Source of the DNA: Felis catus
Taxonomy: Eukaryota
DNA: 64,000 nucleotides
Assembly: GCF_018350175.1 (NCBI RefSeq)
Contig: NC_058369.1
Span: 9,178,001-9,242,000 of the forward strand
Direction of reading: 5' to 3'
Under the pieces are notes generated by a model that was not told the DNA's origin, ran no database searches, and saw nothing but the letters and a program-made list of their open reading frames with translations. Each line of letters opens with the position of its first letter. Position 1 is the first letter of the stretch. This document shows, piece by piece, positions 46,474 through 59,200 of this stretch. Made by a program: the position numbers and the translations under genes.

Positions 46474-47206
46474 TTCCTTCCTGTTCATTCATAAAAAAGA
46501 AAAGCAACTCACTTTTCTGCTGTGGTCACTCCCTTGCCTGTTTGGGAAGTTGGGAGGAGTCGTATGACTTAATCCAGAAATGAAATTTTGGGGAACTTTT
46601 AGCATTGCGTCGGGAAAGTAACTTCCACTAGGATCAGCACTGAGGGTTTCTATGTTGGCGAACTCTGGATGCAAAGGTGGTCTTTGAGGCCTCTCTCCTT
46701 ACTCACACTCTCTCTCATTCTGAGAGGTGGCTTTGATAGTTTGTTGGAGGCAGTGGACATCCCCCTCCCACCGCCCCCAGAGCCATTCCTCCCTCCGTGG
46801 ATCTTTCTAGGCTTGCACTTGGCCCGGTGTGACTATCGTGACCCCTCGTGAAGAACGACCAACTGCCAGTCCTCTCCTCTGTTCGCCCTTTTTCTTTCTG
46901 GAAATGAGACTGAAGAAACAAAATTTAAAGTTATCCTCTCATTCTCTGTCTCTACAGCAAGTCGGAGTGGGGAGGGTGTGTGCCTGGTAGTGCTGAAGGG
47001 AGCTTGGGGGAGGCTTGGAGCCTTGAGTTTGTGTCTGTCAGACAGATCCTCTGCGAGGGCATTCTGTACCTTCTGATTTTAGAACTAGGGCCGCTGAGAT
47101 GGAAATCAATACTCACCTCTCTCTGGCTTCCTCCTACCCTGCTCTCTAGCTAGATCCCTGCAGCCGAGCTGTTTCCCTGGACTCTTTTATTTTAGGCCAA
47201 ATTCTT

Positions 47207-47416
47207 TTTTTTTTTTTTTAACATTTATTTATTTTTGAGACAGAGAGAGCATGAACAGGGGAGGGTCAGAGAAAGAGGGAGACACAGAATCTGAAACAGG
47301 CTCCAGGCTCTGAGCTGTCAGCACAGAGCCCGACGCGGGGCTCGAACCCACGGACTGCGAGATCGTGACCTGAGCCGAAGTCGGCCGCTTAACCGACTGA
47401 GCCACCCAGGCGCCCC
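47207..47416 (-). mobile_element. Young feline Can-SINE with a perfect 19-bp TSD
   Basis: Reverse SINE ending gccacccaggcgcccc. TATTTTAGGCCAAATTCTT at 47188-47206 and 47417-47435. Confidence 0.96.
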
Positions 47417-48748
47417 TATTTTAGGCCAAATTCTTGACGGCTGCCAGCATGAGGCTAAGGTAGGATGAAGTGTGTGTGAGGAAGGAGACCGTTTCTGGCC
47501 AGCCTCCTGGCTCCTGGACTAACCGGGCAGGTGTCTGTCCTGAGAAAGGAGGCATCCCCGCCCGCCCCCCAGCTATAAGGAGATCATTTGCCCAGGAATA
47601 TGAGTGAATTCATGCCCCATCGAATGCGGCCGCGGCCATTTCTGTCCCGGCTGAGGTCCAGTTCCTTGCTAAAAGCTGAGTGGAGAACGGGGGATATTTC
47701 AAAAGAATCTGTCTATACTCTAGCTCCCTGGACTCCAGATAGTTTCGACGAAGGTAGGATTTCTTGCTGGAATTGCTTTAATTCACATGTGCCTTACTGA
47801 AGGAGTAGGGGTGAATCGGTGCAGCATGGGCCTTGGGTAGATGGTCTCAAGATAGTGAGGTGCAGCCACGGCCTTCTCCCCAAGCCACCCCAGTTGGCTA
47901 CAAAATGTCTTCTTCTGGCCGAGCCCTCAAACAGCATGGATCTGACAGCACAGCCTTCTCCTGCCCATGCTCCCCCCCCCCCACCCCTGGACATGCTCAG
48001 CAGGGTGCCTTCCTTGCTCCTTCCTCCTGGTATAAACCAGGAGTAGGGGCTAGGGTGGCAAGGTCTCAGATGAGAGTTGCTTTGGATTCTTAAAGTACGT
48101 TTCTTCCCCGAAGACTGGGTTGAAGGACGCAGTCTGGGCCGAGCTGGCGGTGCCGGGTTTGGTGACAAGTGAACTTGACACGGTGGTAAGCATGGGGGCG
48201 TTGCTTTACCTCCAAGTGCCATCATCATCCGTGGCCCTCGTGTGCTTTTGTTTTGCCCCACTTGAAGCTTCCAGAGGTGGCATGGCTGGGGAGGAAATAA
48301 AGGACGTGTGTGCGTGTGTGCGTGTGTGCGCGTGTGTGTGTGATGTCGGGAGCTCCACTCCCAGAGCGTGGGGTCCAAAAGACCGCCCAGGGTGTGTTAC
48401 GGCCTCTTGAGCGTGGCCTTCCTGCTGGGAAGGAATCTTGCCATGCGTTTGTCCCATTCGGGAGGGGAGGTTGAGGCAGAGTGGGGTCAGAGAACCCGGC
48501 CATGGGGAGTAGTGGTGCGTTCCCGGTGATGTCCTTCCATCCAAAGAGGTTGCCCGAAGGCAGGTGGTTGGAGATATAGGGGAGCGTGGGTCTAGGAGGC
48601 CTCTGCTTGTGTGTGAGGAAGGATGGCCGAGCTGGTCCAGAAGTGCTGCTGGGCTATCTCCAGAGCCGCCTCTGCAGGGCTCTGAAGGTGATCTGGTATC
48701 TTCGGACCTGCCCTAACCTAGGCTTCGGTCCTAGAAAATGGAAAAATC

Positions 48749-48872
48749 TGGGGCGCCCGTCTGACTCAGCCTGTAGAGCATGTGACTCTTGATCTTGGGG
48801 TTGTGAATTTGAGCCCACAACGAGTGTAGAGACTCCTTAAAAGTTACAAAAGAGTCTGAAAGTAATAAAAAG
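48749..48872 (+). mobile_element. Short, older carnivore SINE (tRNA-derived)
   Basis: ggggcgcccgtctgactcagcctgtagagcatgtgactcttgatcttggggttgtgaatttgagccc plus an A-rich tail. Confidence 0.85.
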
Positions 48873-49059
48873 CTTCACCGAATGGAAATGTCAGCTTCTC
48901 CCTGTCGGATTCCTCTGACAGGCCCCAGTGGAAGCCCGTGAAGTCCAGATACTCGGGTGGTGATTCTTTTCTTTATCTCGGCTGGTTCACGATGGAGACA
49001 TTCACATGTAGGAGGAGCCCCCATCACCAGTGCCGGTAGTTGCTGACTGACTTACGGTC

Positions 49060-49760
49060 AGGCTCCACTCACTCATCCATACCCCCCACTGCCCACCCAC
49101 GCTGGGTTGTTTAGAAGAAAACCCAGGCATTGTAGCTTTTCATCTGTAAATATATCTGTGCATGTCTCTAAAGATGAGGAGTCTTGAAGAACGCAACCAC
49201 ACTATCACTCTACCTAAAAATAACCAGCCGTTTCTTCAGCATGGTCAGGCTAGTCAGCGTTCACGTTTCCCTAATTATCTCCCAGTTTTGTTTGTCTGGG
49301 TCAGGATCAGAATCAAAATCAGGATCAGGTGCACACAGGGGCGCCTTGCTGGCTCCGCTGGTGGAGCATGGGGCTCTTGATCTCCAGGTCGTGAGTTCAA
49401 GCCCCACGCTGGGCGTAGCGCTTACTTAAAAGAAAAAAAAAAAAGAAAGGAAGGAAGGAAGAAAATCAGGTGCTCGCATGGCGGCGGGTCGATATGTCTT
49501 TCCGACTCACGATCTCTAGGCGGTCCTCCTCCACCTTGGTTTCTTTTCTGGCAGTTTTTGGGTTGTTGCTGTTGAAGGAAGTGGGTCATTTGTCCTGTAG
49601 GGTTTCTCCATCTGGGCTCTGCAGACTGTGCTCCCCTGGGTTGTTCGTGCAACACTCTGAAAGGAGATTCTGCCTCCCTCCTCGCCTCCGGGTCCTGGGA
49701 CGGCCGGACCTTACCCGTCACAGGAAATGGATTAGCACCTAAGGATTTGTCTAAGTGAAC
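49060..49760. mobile_element. Old L1M-type fragment interrupted by a SINE
   Basis: ttttcatctgtaaatatatctgtgcatgtctctaaagat and catttgtcctgtagggtttctcca resemble old L1M 3' regions. Confidence 0.45.
49338..49465 (+). mobile_element. Short, older carnivore SINE
   Basis: ggggcgccttgctggctc...gtcgtgagttcaagccccacgctgggcgtag plus A tail. Imperfect TSD atcaggtgc. Confidence 0.85.
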
Positions 49761-50754
49761 TTTTTCAAGTGCACAGTCACCCTTCTCAGGTGTAAGAGTT
49801 CCCTGGTTTTGCTCTCCGCTTCAGAGCTCGGGGCTTTGCAGCGAGTGCTGGTTTTCAGTCCGAGGGAGGACTCTTCCTCTGGGCCCTTCCACGGTGGTAC
49901 AGGGCATCGTTCGGCCATGTTAGCCCTGCCAAGATCCAGACGATGCCAGCGATGCCCCTAAGCCTTTGCTGGACCCTCGGCCCATCCGGTGGCTCTGGTG
50001 GCAGTGCATGGGAGAGACCACAGGAGCGCCAGCCGCCTTCCTGGGGGACTGGCCCCTAGCGCGGCCTCTGGGCCACCTCACCCACTGCCTCTTTTTTCAA
50101 GGCCCAGAAATGCCACCGGTCTGCGTCGTTGAGGCAGCACCATCTGGTACCAGGGCTGGCGTAGACTGCAGGGCCCAGGAACCAGATTCGTAAGACTCGC
50201 GAGAGGCGCGGATCATCTTTTCACCCAACGTAAGGTCCCCTTGAGGACATCCTGGAGGAGGTGTCACTGTTGTTCAAAGGTCAGCTTTGGCCACCATAAA
50301 ATTCTTCCGTTCGTCCAACCCAGAGAATGGTTAGAGGGTGGCAGCTGGCCTGTAAAGATACCAGCACACAGCAGGCAGGTGGCAGATCACCGCTGCTGGC
50401 TGTCCTTGCTGTTGTTAGGATCTCATGAGCCCAAGGCTGCCTCCCTGTCGCCTTTACCTGTCAGTCTCACTTCTGTCAGGGGACAGCTCAGGTGAGCGCT
50501 GAGTTTTCTGTGACACGGCAGCCTCTCGGATGCTGAAGCCTGCTCTCATGGTTCCTTTCCACCCTTCTCCCCAGGAAGCTGTCCTTTCTCCAGGCCAAAC
50601 GTTGCCAGTCCCTCACGCCTCCCACACTGGATGCAGCTCCTCGAGCCCTTGCCAATTTGGTCACCACTTCCTGGAGGCCCTCTTAAACTGGAGCATTTGG
50701 TATGGAACACAGAAACTCCAGGCGCGATCCGGTCCCGTGGTCGCTGCGGGATTT

Positions 50755-50920
50755 GCAGGGCCTTCCGGCTACGTAATGTGTGGGGCCCGGCGCAAAACGA
50801 AAAGTGCGGGGCTCCTAGTTCAGAGTGATGAGGGATTGCGACGGGGCGACAGTGAGAGCGTTAAGACCAAGCACGGGGTGCGTGTGACTGTCCAGGTTGC
50901 ACACCTGTGAAGCCGGCCCG
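50755..50920 (-). mobile_element. MER45A-like hAT DNA transposon relic
   Basis: ccggctacgtaatgtgtggggcccggcgcaaaacgaaaagtgcggggc...cacctgtgaagccggccc resembles the recalled MER45A consensus. Confidence 0.65.
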
Positions 50921-53593
50921 GGCCGCCTGTGCTCTGTTAATGTGACACGGGATGCCTTGCTTGGTGGGGTGGAAGGGTGACGGGGCTCAGGCTAGCCTCA
51001 GGAAGGGGATGTGACCCCAAAGAGGAGATGAGAAGTGCCCAGTCAGGCGAGCTGTTGCCTACAGGCCTGGGGCAGTCCTTTGGCTTGGTCTCCTTCTAGG
51101 ACTCCCCTGACCATCTGCTCGTGTCACCTTTGTCCATAGCCTGTCTGCTCAACCACGCTGGTTGCGATGCACAGGGGTTCTCGGTGGAGTGCTCACTCTG
51201 CTGGCTGAGTTGGAAGCTATAGCTCAAGGGAAATAAAGAATCACCCTCGTCTGAGCTTGAACCAGCGCTGTGGGCTGTGAACAAGCCAGAGGGGACCTGG
51301 ACGCCCTGAGCATGGGGACCAGCTGTGCTCCACCACCCACCCAGAGGGAACGGGGCCGCTCTGCAGCGGGAGGGCCGGGGTCCAGACACGCGGAAGGACT
51401 TCCTGAGGATTCAGTTCACTCCTTGGCATTGCTGGAGGGTGGTCGAGTTTCCTTTATTCACGAAACACGCGCTGGGTGAACCTACTGTGAGCGAGGCCGT
51501 TCTAAGAATGAGAGACTCCCGCGTTTGGCTGGCAGGGTTTGGGTGAGGGCCTCGTAGTGACTTCTAGAAGATGCGGTCCCGTGGGCGTTGAGCGTGCAGT
51601 GATCCGTGCGGGGAGGGAGGGAAGACCCGTTGGGGCTTCACCAGGGGCCGTGAAGAGGGAGGCAGGGCCCATCTCTGCCGCTTTCTAGTGCTGCAGAGAC
51701 CTGGGGTGCCAAGGAAGGGTTGGCCAGAGGGCCGTGCCGTGGTCCCCCCTCTGTTCTGGTGTCCGCAGCAGCTGTGCGGAGAGGACACAGCTGAGCATCC
51801 CCTTTGCTGCCCAAGGGAGAGGGTGGCTCCCTCCCCACCCCTTTTTCTCTTTGCCCCATCAGTCCCACCCCCCACCCCTGTCTCAGGAGCTGCCACGCTT
51901 CAGTTATCTTATCCTTCAGTGTCCGATTCAGAAGTCCTTTCAAAGGCCCCAGCCGTGTCAGCGCGGTGCTCGCACAAAAGGCCTCTTTGATTTCTTGTTT
52001 GTTTTCATTTGCCAGGGGAGGGGGAGGGGGCTGGAGACAAAGAGCTTCTGGGTTTTAAAATTTTTATTTGGGTTGCTTCATTCTCAGAGGGGTCGGGTCC
52101 CTGGAACTCCTTTCTGAGTTGGGGGCTCGAGGCGATGGGCGGTCTTCTGGGCTGACGCAGGAAGTGGGGGCTGCCCCCACCGAGCAAGAGGGGGAAGCGT
52201 GGGGGCTCAGGATGTAGTCGTTGGTTCCCCTCGGGCCTGTGCTAGGCCAGAGGGTCGGAAGGGGCGGGTCAGAACCTACTGCTTGGGTAGGGAAAGGTCC
52301 GACGCGCTGGGGACCGAAGTACATTCCCCTGGTGGCCACGTCCCCTGTAGAGGCCTTTGTCACAGCTGTCGGATTGGAGTGGTCCTGAACCTTGACTTTG
52401 CCGTTTTCCCTTTATCGTCCCAGATTCTGCTGTTTCCCCCTCGGTTGGATGGGAAGGGAGCGGGGGCCCTTCTAGCATGCGGACTCTTTGAAAATCCTTT
52501 ACATACAGACTGGCCTCCCCACTGTCTGTCGGGGCGTGAAGTAGAGGGGTGACCGGTCTACCCAGCAGCCTGGTGTCCTGTGGGGCGAGGCCTGGGACAA
52601 GCCCCTGTCTTCGCAGGTTTGCTCTCTCACCTCCCCCCCACCCCGGCCCTCCCCTTACCTCTTGCCTCTCTCCGTGATGGTTTGTGAGACCGCTGCAGCG
52701 CGGGTGCCCCTCCCAGGGCGCAAGGCCCATGGCTCGCGGAGGACTTTGAGGACAGGGGGCTGAGGCCGAAAGGAGCCGGACGGCCTCCCTCGCCAGCAGT
52801 CTGGGACCAGAGGCACCCAGACCGATGCCCGTCGGGGTGCCTACTTCAAGCACACGTGGGTGCGTCCCAACATACAGTAAGAAGAGGGGCAGCCCATGGG
52901 TTGTCATGCCTGTGTGGAGGCCCGACTGCCGCGGCTCAGAAGGGAGCGCCGAGAGTGAGTGTTGGGCAGGTGGTCACGGGCGTCAGCAACAGGGAAGCAT
53001 GCCCACTGGGTGAGGGGGCTCCGCAGGGCCTGGTTGGCAGACGGGAGGAGGAGGCTGGGGGGCTGAGAGATAGATAAATATAGCTGATGGCATTTCTGAT
53101 GATAGGTTTTTCTTGGCACCAAGGGCACCGTGGAAAACAGCACGACAAACGCCGGCCCCACAGGCCGCCGTCGCCATTTTAAGCATGTTTGAGCCGAGGG
53201 GTGGCTGGCGTTAGAAGAGGGTCCCAGCAGGCGGAGGGGCTGCGGCAGGGAGGTCTGGCTGGACTCTGCCTCGCCCCCCCCCCCCGCCGGGTGCCTGTGT
53301 TTTTGCCTCTGTCCGGATGGCTATCTCATAACTGATTTTCTGGTCCTCTGGGGAGTACAAAAATATTTTGGGGTTGCTAACTGAAGGGGTACCCATTTGT
53401 TCAGGCTCCCGACAACTTCTTGTTCCCCGTCGATGCAGGGAGGGGGGGGCACACCCCTGCTCTCCATCCCCTTCTTTAATTCCATTTTTTCCACCGAAGG
53501 CCCCGTGCGGCTAAGGCATCGCGCCGAGTCCTGTCTGTGTGTTAACCACCCAAATTCTCACACCGATTCCGAGTTTGAATCTGTGCTCCTGGC

Positions 53594-53637
<44 letters not shown>

Positions 53638-53834
53638 CAGGTGACACACAGCGGGGGATCGGTGCAGTGGGGGATCAGTGAATCAGACCCGGGGGCCTGG
53701 GAGTCTTCCTGGAAGATAACCTGTTTGAACCCCATCTTGAAAGGACAGTGAGGAATTAGCTCGTTTTCGTCAGCTGGCTGAGCCTTTTCAGCCGCCCGAA
53801 GCTGATCCCCTTTCTCACAATGGTGGAGTGATAT

Positions 53835-53945
53835 AGGCAGGGCAGGTATTATTATCCCCACTGTACAGAGAAGGGAACCCAAGTACAGAGATGTCACGGC
53901 ACTGAGGTCACACGATGAGTTTCCAGCAGAAGGACCCCAGGATCC
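53835..53945 (-). mobile_element. MIR fragment
   Basis: gcaggtattattatccccactgtacagagaagggaacccaag...gaggtcacacg. Confidence 0.65.
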
Positions 53946-54718
53946 AGGTCATGGAGCACCTCAGCTGCCACCTGTGGGCCTTGCTGCTCCTTGAACTTCA
54001 CGGGGATTGCTGGCCTTGGCAGAGTCTCAGAGGAGAAAGCTGTGCGGGTCCCCATGGTCTCCGTTGCTCTCTAGGAGCTGAGCCGGTGAGGCTGGAGCCC
54101 AGCCTGTGGCTCAGCTCAAGGGCTCCCCCAGCTGCTGAGCACGTGGGGTGGAGACAGTGATCGGGCACCTGGCCTGTCCTTGACACTGGCCTCCCCACCA
54201 GCTGGCCCCCTGCCTCTGACCCAAGAGGCAGCATGATACGGGTTGGGCCCACTGGATGCCTCCACCCTGCTGTGGCCAGCCCGGCTTCTTGGCACCTCTC
54301 CCTGGAGTGTGGGGAAGGGCAGGTAGAGTGGGCAGGAAGTCCAGGCCTGGGGCCAGGCCGCTCGGCTGGATCTTGGGATCCCTGATCCTTGCTGTGTCAC
54401 GCCCTTTTCCTGGGAGTCTGCTTGGAACTGAAGTTTGAAATGAGAAAAATGAATACAGTTGTCCCAATTGACCAGATGATGGCTGGAAGTTTTGCAGTAA
54501 TCTGCCCTACATTGTCTTTTATGCTGCTTCACATAAACTCTCACACTTACCCCTTTCTTAAAGTTTGAAAACTTTGGATCTGCGTGCGTAAAAACTCTCC
54601 CAGCACGTGGAGGGGGTGGGTTATAGGAGAGGCTAGCCCATGCTAGAGATTTTCCTGTTTCCGTGGCTGGTAAGATAGGGACACAACCTCTTAACCACTG
54701 ATAACAGCTCCTGTAGAG

Positions 54719-54923
54719 CAGAGTTTTCCAACCACAGCTCTCTCGGCCCTGGGGCCAGATCATTCTGTGTTGTGGAGACCGTCCTGTGCATTGCGGGGTG
54801 GTTAACAACATCTCTGGCCTCGACCTGCTAGATGTCAGTTGCGACGCTCCACCCCGGGTGTGACAACTGAGATACCTCAGGACATTTCCATGGGGAGAGA
54901 ATTGCCCCAGCTGAGAGCCTCTG
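54719..54923 (-). mobile_element. MER20 (hAT-Charlie) relic
   Basis: gtcctgtgcattgcgggg...catctctggcctcgacctgctagatg...tgtgacaac is reverse MER20. Confidence 0.75.
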
Positions 54924-56434
54924 GCTTAGAAGAAACAGAGGGATTCAGGCAGAACACTGCCCGCCTTCACCTCTTGCCTCTCCCCTCAGTCGCATGGCAA
55001 CAGAACCTCTGAGCCCTGGCTGTTCCCCTATATGTCCTATGCCATTTTCCCTTTCTGGGCAGCAGGACCCTGGGCTGAAGCCATCTGGGGGCTCCTCTCC
55101 CTCCTGGGAATCATGAGCCCATCTGAGAGTCTCCTACCGAATATCCCTCCTCATCTCTCGCATCATGGTCTCTCCATGTGCTGAGGCCACTGATCTGGGG
55201 ACCAGAAGAGGGGGTCTGCTCTCCAGCTGACCCAGGCCTATGTGGCGAGCCAGCGGCTCCGTCAGGCCCATCCCAGACCCCAGAGAGCAGCAGACATTTG
55301 TTCCTGCAGCGTGGGCTGCAGAGACCAGAAGTGTCGCCTGAGCCTCAGCACTACTCTTTTTAAATGATGTATTTGATTTTTTTTTATTACAGTAGTAAAA
55401 CACGCTCCTCCTAAAAAATTCAAACAATAGAGAAATGAGAGAGATAGACAAGCTCCCCAAATAACCCTCCTGAGCCAGAGAGAAACTCACTTCTCAGGTC
55501 TGTGTAAGTTCTACTCATTTCTTTTCATTAATTCCTGTATCAAATAACTTTTAAATATGGAGATATCTATTTTACGAGCAGATGGTATGTTTGGGCTAAT
55601 TGAACCGGGTCCAGGGAGTGCCACTGTGGTCTTAACTTTTCCCATTCCCTGCCCGTTCCAGCAATGTGTCCCCCATCACCCCAGGTGCAGAGCCAGTATC
55701 TGTCCTCTTTGACCCCTCCCCCGCCAGGTGACAGTTTCTGCTTGTCCTTCCGGGAGCATGATGACCAGCAGGATGTACGTTGGTATCTGAGCAGCCAGGA
55801 TCCTGCTGTGGGCATTTCTGCTGGCAGTATAACACCGATGGTGGAAGTCAGGGCCTGCCCCCCCGCCAAAGGCTCAGCCACCATGGGGGTTGGGGTGTGG
55901 CAGGGGCACTGAGGGAAGGAGGGGCGGATGAGAAGTGGCCTGCTTGGCTGTGCCCCGCTTGGCCCCGGCCTCTCCTCTCTGGAGCCAGCTTCCCAGCTCC
56001 TTCCTAGAGGGCCAGAGTGATCCTCTGTGTGGGGTAGACTCTTCAAGTAGCCTGGCATCCTAGAGGCTTTTCTGGACCCTCCAGTCTCCTTCCAGGGTTG
56101 GTGGTGGCTGCTGCCTTTTTCCTTTCTTAAAGGAAAGGGGGTGAAATGTCCCTCGGCCTTCCAGGATTTATCCCATCATAATTCTTTGTGTTGGGCTTAA
56201 AGATATGGCAGAGAGGAGAGTGTCCTCTCCAGGCCAGGGGCAGGGACAAGACTGGAAGGAGTCTGGAGAGAGCTTTGCGGCTGGGTCAGCCCGTCTAGGG
56301 GAAGCTGCAGATGACAGCCGGGAGTAGGGTGACACCTGGTGACTCTTCTGGACTGGGCAGAGTGTGCAGAGAGATCAGGAGATCCCCAGAGGTGGCCTGC
56401 AGGAGGCTGACTGAGTGCAGCCTTTGAGGAGTGT

Positions 56435-56523
56435 GTCCTTATTATATCCCCATTAGCGCATAATTATTATATAATGGGTGTTATTGCATAATGGCAGTTA
56501 TATAACACGTGGCCCAGAATACG

Positions 56524-56567
<44 letters not shown>

Positions 56568-56700
56568 AGTGTATATTCTCTGGCTATAAATAGCTGCCAG
56601 CCCTGCACTGAATCTGTGGTCACACCAGAGGCACCTTATAAATACCCAGCAGTGGGCTATAAATTTCTGAGTGGTGACGTAGGCAGACATGATACCTAGT
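56435..56700. promoter_or_regulatory. Candidate MEF2-type enhancer in NFIX intron 2
   Basis: Consensus MEF2 CTATAAATAG at 56584-56593, two more TATAAAT, TTGCATAA and CACGTG. Confidence 0.45.
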
Positions 56701-57492
56701 TAGGAGGTGGTGGGAGGGACTTTCAGCCCCACCCGGCCACATGACATCATTGTTTCCATAGTAATAAGAACGCTCCCTGGGGGACCAAGCAAAGAGAGGC
56801 CTTTAAAGGGAGGAGGCAAATGGATAGGAAGCTGGGTGGGGGTGCTTTGCCTGGGGCTGACCAGGGTGGGATCCCCTGGGCAGAGGGCTGCCCGAGTAAG
56901 ACAGGCCATCTCCCCGCAGGTATAGGAAACGCCGGGGCAGGAAACTCCATTTTCTTTCGTCTCTTCTTCAGAGAGTTTCAGGGCGCCTCCTTGTGTGGCT
57001 GGTTGTGCTGACTCTGCCGCCTGTTAGCGAGAGAGCGCCGGGGGAGCCACATGGTCTCTCCATCCTTCCCTCTCCCAGGTGACCTCTTCGTGGCTCTGGG
57101 GCCACTCGCCGAAGGGGAGTTGAACAGGGGCAAGCCAGGGCTCTGCACCCCAGTCATATCCTCCACGGGGCGGGACTGCTTCCCCTACCAGAGGTTTTAG
57201 GCCAATTTTGGCCTTAGTAATATAAGAAATATGTGAACAATTTGGAGCGCATCTCAGCGAGCCTTGTGGAAGTCATGGCACTGGGAGATGGCGCCCGGGA
57301 AGAAAGAGGAGACACGGAAAGTGTTTGGCCCCAGAAGAAGCTAGGGGGTGGGATGCAATCTATTTATGTGTCTGAGACGTCGTAGTTTCGTACTGGGTGG
57401 CGAAGAGCTACTCTTTGAGTTCCTGAGGGTAGAGGAAGAGATCCGTTTGCTGGCAGGTGGTGGGATTGAGGTTAGCTGGGAGGAAGGAAGGA

Positions 57493-57605
57493 TGAGTGAC
57501 CAACTTGTCACAGTATGACCGGTAGTTTTCTGATTTCAGCACTAAAGGTCCCTTGTCCCAGGAAATCCTTTTGTCCCTTGCAAACCAGGACGGCTGGTCA
57601 TCCTA
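57493..57605 (-). mobile_element. MER81-like hAT-Blackjack MITE
   Basis: Inverted termini gtgaccaac ... gctggtcatccta and internal cagcactaaaggtccc. Confidence 0.6.
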
Positions 57606-57608
57606 GAA

Positions 57609-57810
57609 CAATGGTTTTCAGCCAGGGGTGAGTTTGCCCTCCAGGGATCCTTTGGCAATGTCCGTGGACACTTTTGGTTGTCACAGCCAGGGGAGGATGA
57701 TGCTCACAGGCATCTAGTGAGTCGAGGCCAGGGCGCAGGGTAGTCGATAGTCCCTCAACAAGGAATCGTCTGGCTCCAAATGTCACTAGTGGTGAGATGG
57801 AGAAGCCCTG
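57609..57810 (+). mobile_element. MER20 (hAT-Charlie) relic
   Basis: caatggttttcagccaggggtgagtttgccc...tttggcaatgtcc...ggttgtcaca...gcatctagtg...gagaagccctg. Confidence 0.85.
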
Positions 57811-59083
57811 TGTTGCGGGGGGGTGTGGTAAGCAGAGCTTCTGGGTCTCCTCAAGACCTCCCTTGCCTAGCAGAGAGCCCCTTACTTACCCCGCCTCCTC
57901 CCTGCATTTCTTGCAGCTCTATTTTTTTGTGCTTTGATTGGTTATGTGCAGGGTTCTGGGGCCCGGAGACGTTTTTCTAGGGAATCCTGGGGCTTCTGAG
58001 AGGGTCCTTCCCCCTCTCAAAGCTCAGAGGCTTTTGCAGCTAAGACCGTGCTGAGCATGAGGCCTGCTAGGCAGCATGGCACTGGTGTGGACCTTTTGCT
58101 TGTTACTAAAAAATAATAAAAATGGAAAAGCCATTAAATAGCCATCCCTGGTTGCCTACCAAAGAGTTCCCGAGAGGCAAAACCTGCCTGCTTCCCTCGC
58201 CTTTCAGGCAAGCTCTCCCCGTGTAGACCTGAGCAGGCCACCGTGGCTGCCGGCCCTAGGGGTCCCCTGAGTGTACCAGTCCCAGGGCAAGAGCTTGTTT
58301 CCCCAAAAGCCCACTCCCAGACCCAGCAACGAGGGCAGGACTCTGCCACTCAAATGGAACACTTTGCAAATGGGACAGATGAGGAAGCTCTGAATCCTAT
58401 TCTGGTATGTGGGGTTCACAGAAATCTGGCTTACCCGATGTCATTGGTGGCAGATTGAACATTTTGCCTTCACGCGTGAAATGTAATCACGAGAGTATGT
58501 AGCACTTTCTCTCTCACCTGCGTTTCGTGCCTGTTTCGTTCACTGCCCGGCGGTGGCCTGCCTGGCGCCCTCTGGCCCTGATCACATGCATAGTGTGGCC
58601 AATTAGGTCATTGTTTCTGCCGGGAGGGGGGGCCCACAGACGATGGCCAATATGGTGGTTCCGTGGTCTCGTCTGCACCGGGTAGCTGGCCAGAGCAGGA
58701 GGATCAGCTGGGCTGCAGGCTGCCCCTTATGTGTGTTGAGCTCAACTTTTGAGTTTGGACTTGGGATCGAGATAGCTAATGAGCACGGGCTGGGGAGGCA
58801 GGGCCCACAAGTCTGTAAGCAAGGCCCTGCCTGCTGCGCCACGGGGAACTCTGTGGGGAGCAGCGCTGGCTCCAAGCACAAAGGCCGCTGCTCCACGGAG
58901 GAGTAATCTTCAGGGTATTGCCAGCCCGAGAATATGGCCAAATGAGAGGCCCCTGCCCCGAGGATGGGCCAGATTTCTCTCACTTATTTATGGTATTGTG
59001 GTTTATGAAGCGGGCCCGGCACACGGATCTCTGGGCACAGTTTCAAATACAAACATTTCTTTTAAATTAAACAACACATGCAG

Positions 59084-59099
59084 TCTCTCTGTCTCTCTG

Positions 59100-59167
<68 letters not shown>

Positions 59168-59200
59168 GCACACACACGCACACACGCACGCACACACACA
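59084..59200 (+). repeat. (TCTCTG)n/(TC)n/(CA)n compound microsatellite
   Basis: Seen directly in the sequence. Confidence 0.9.
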
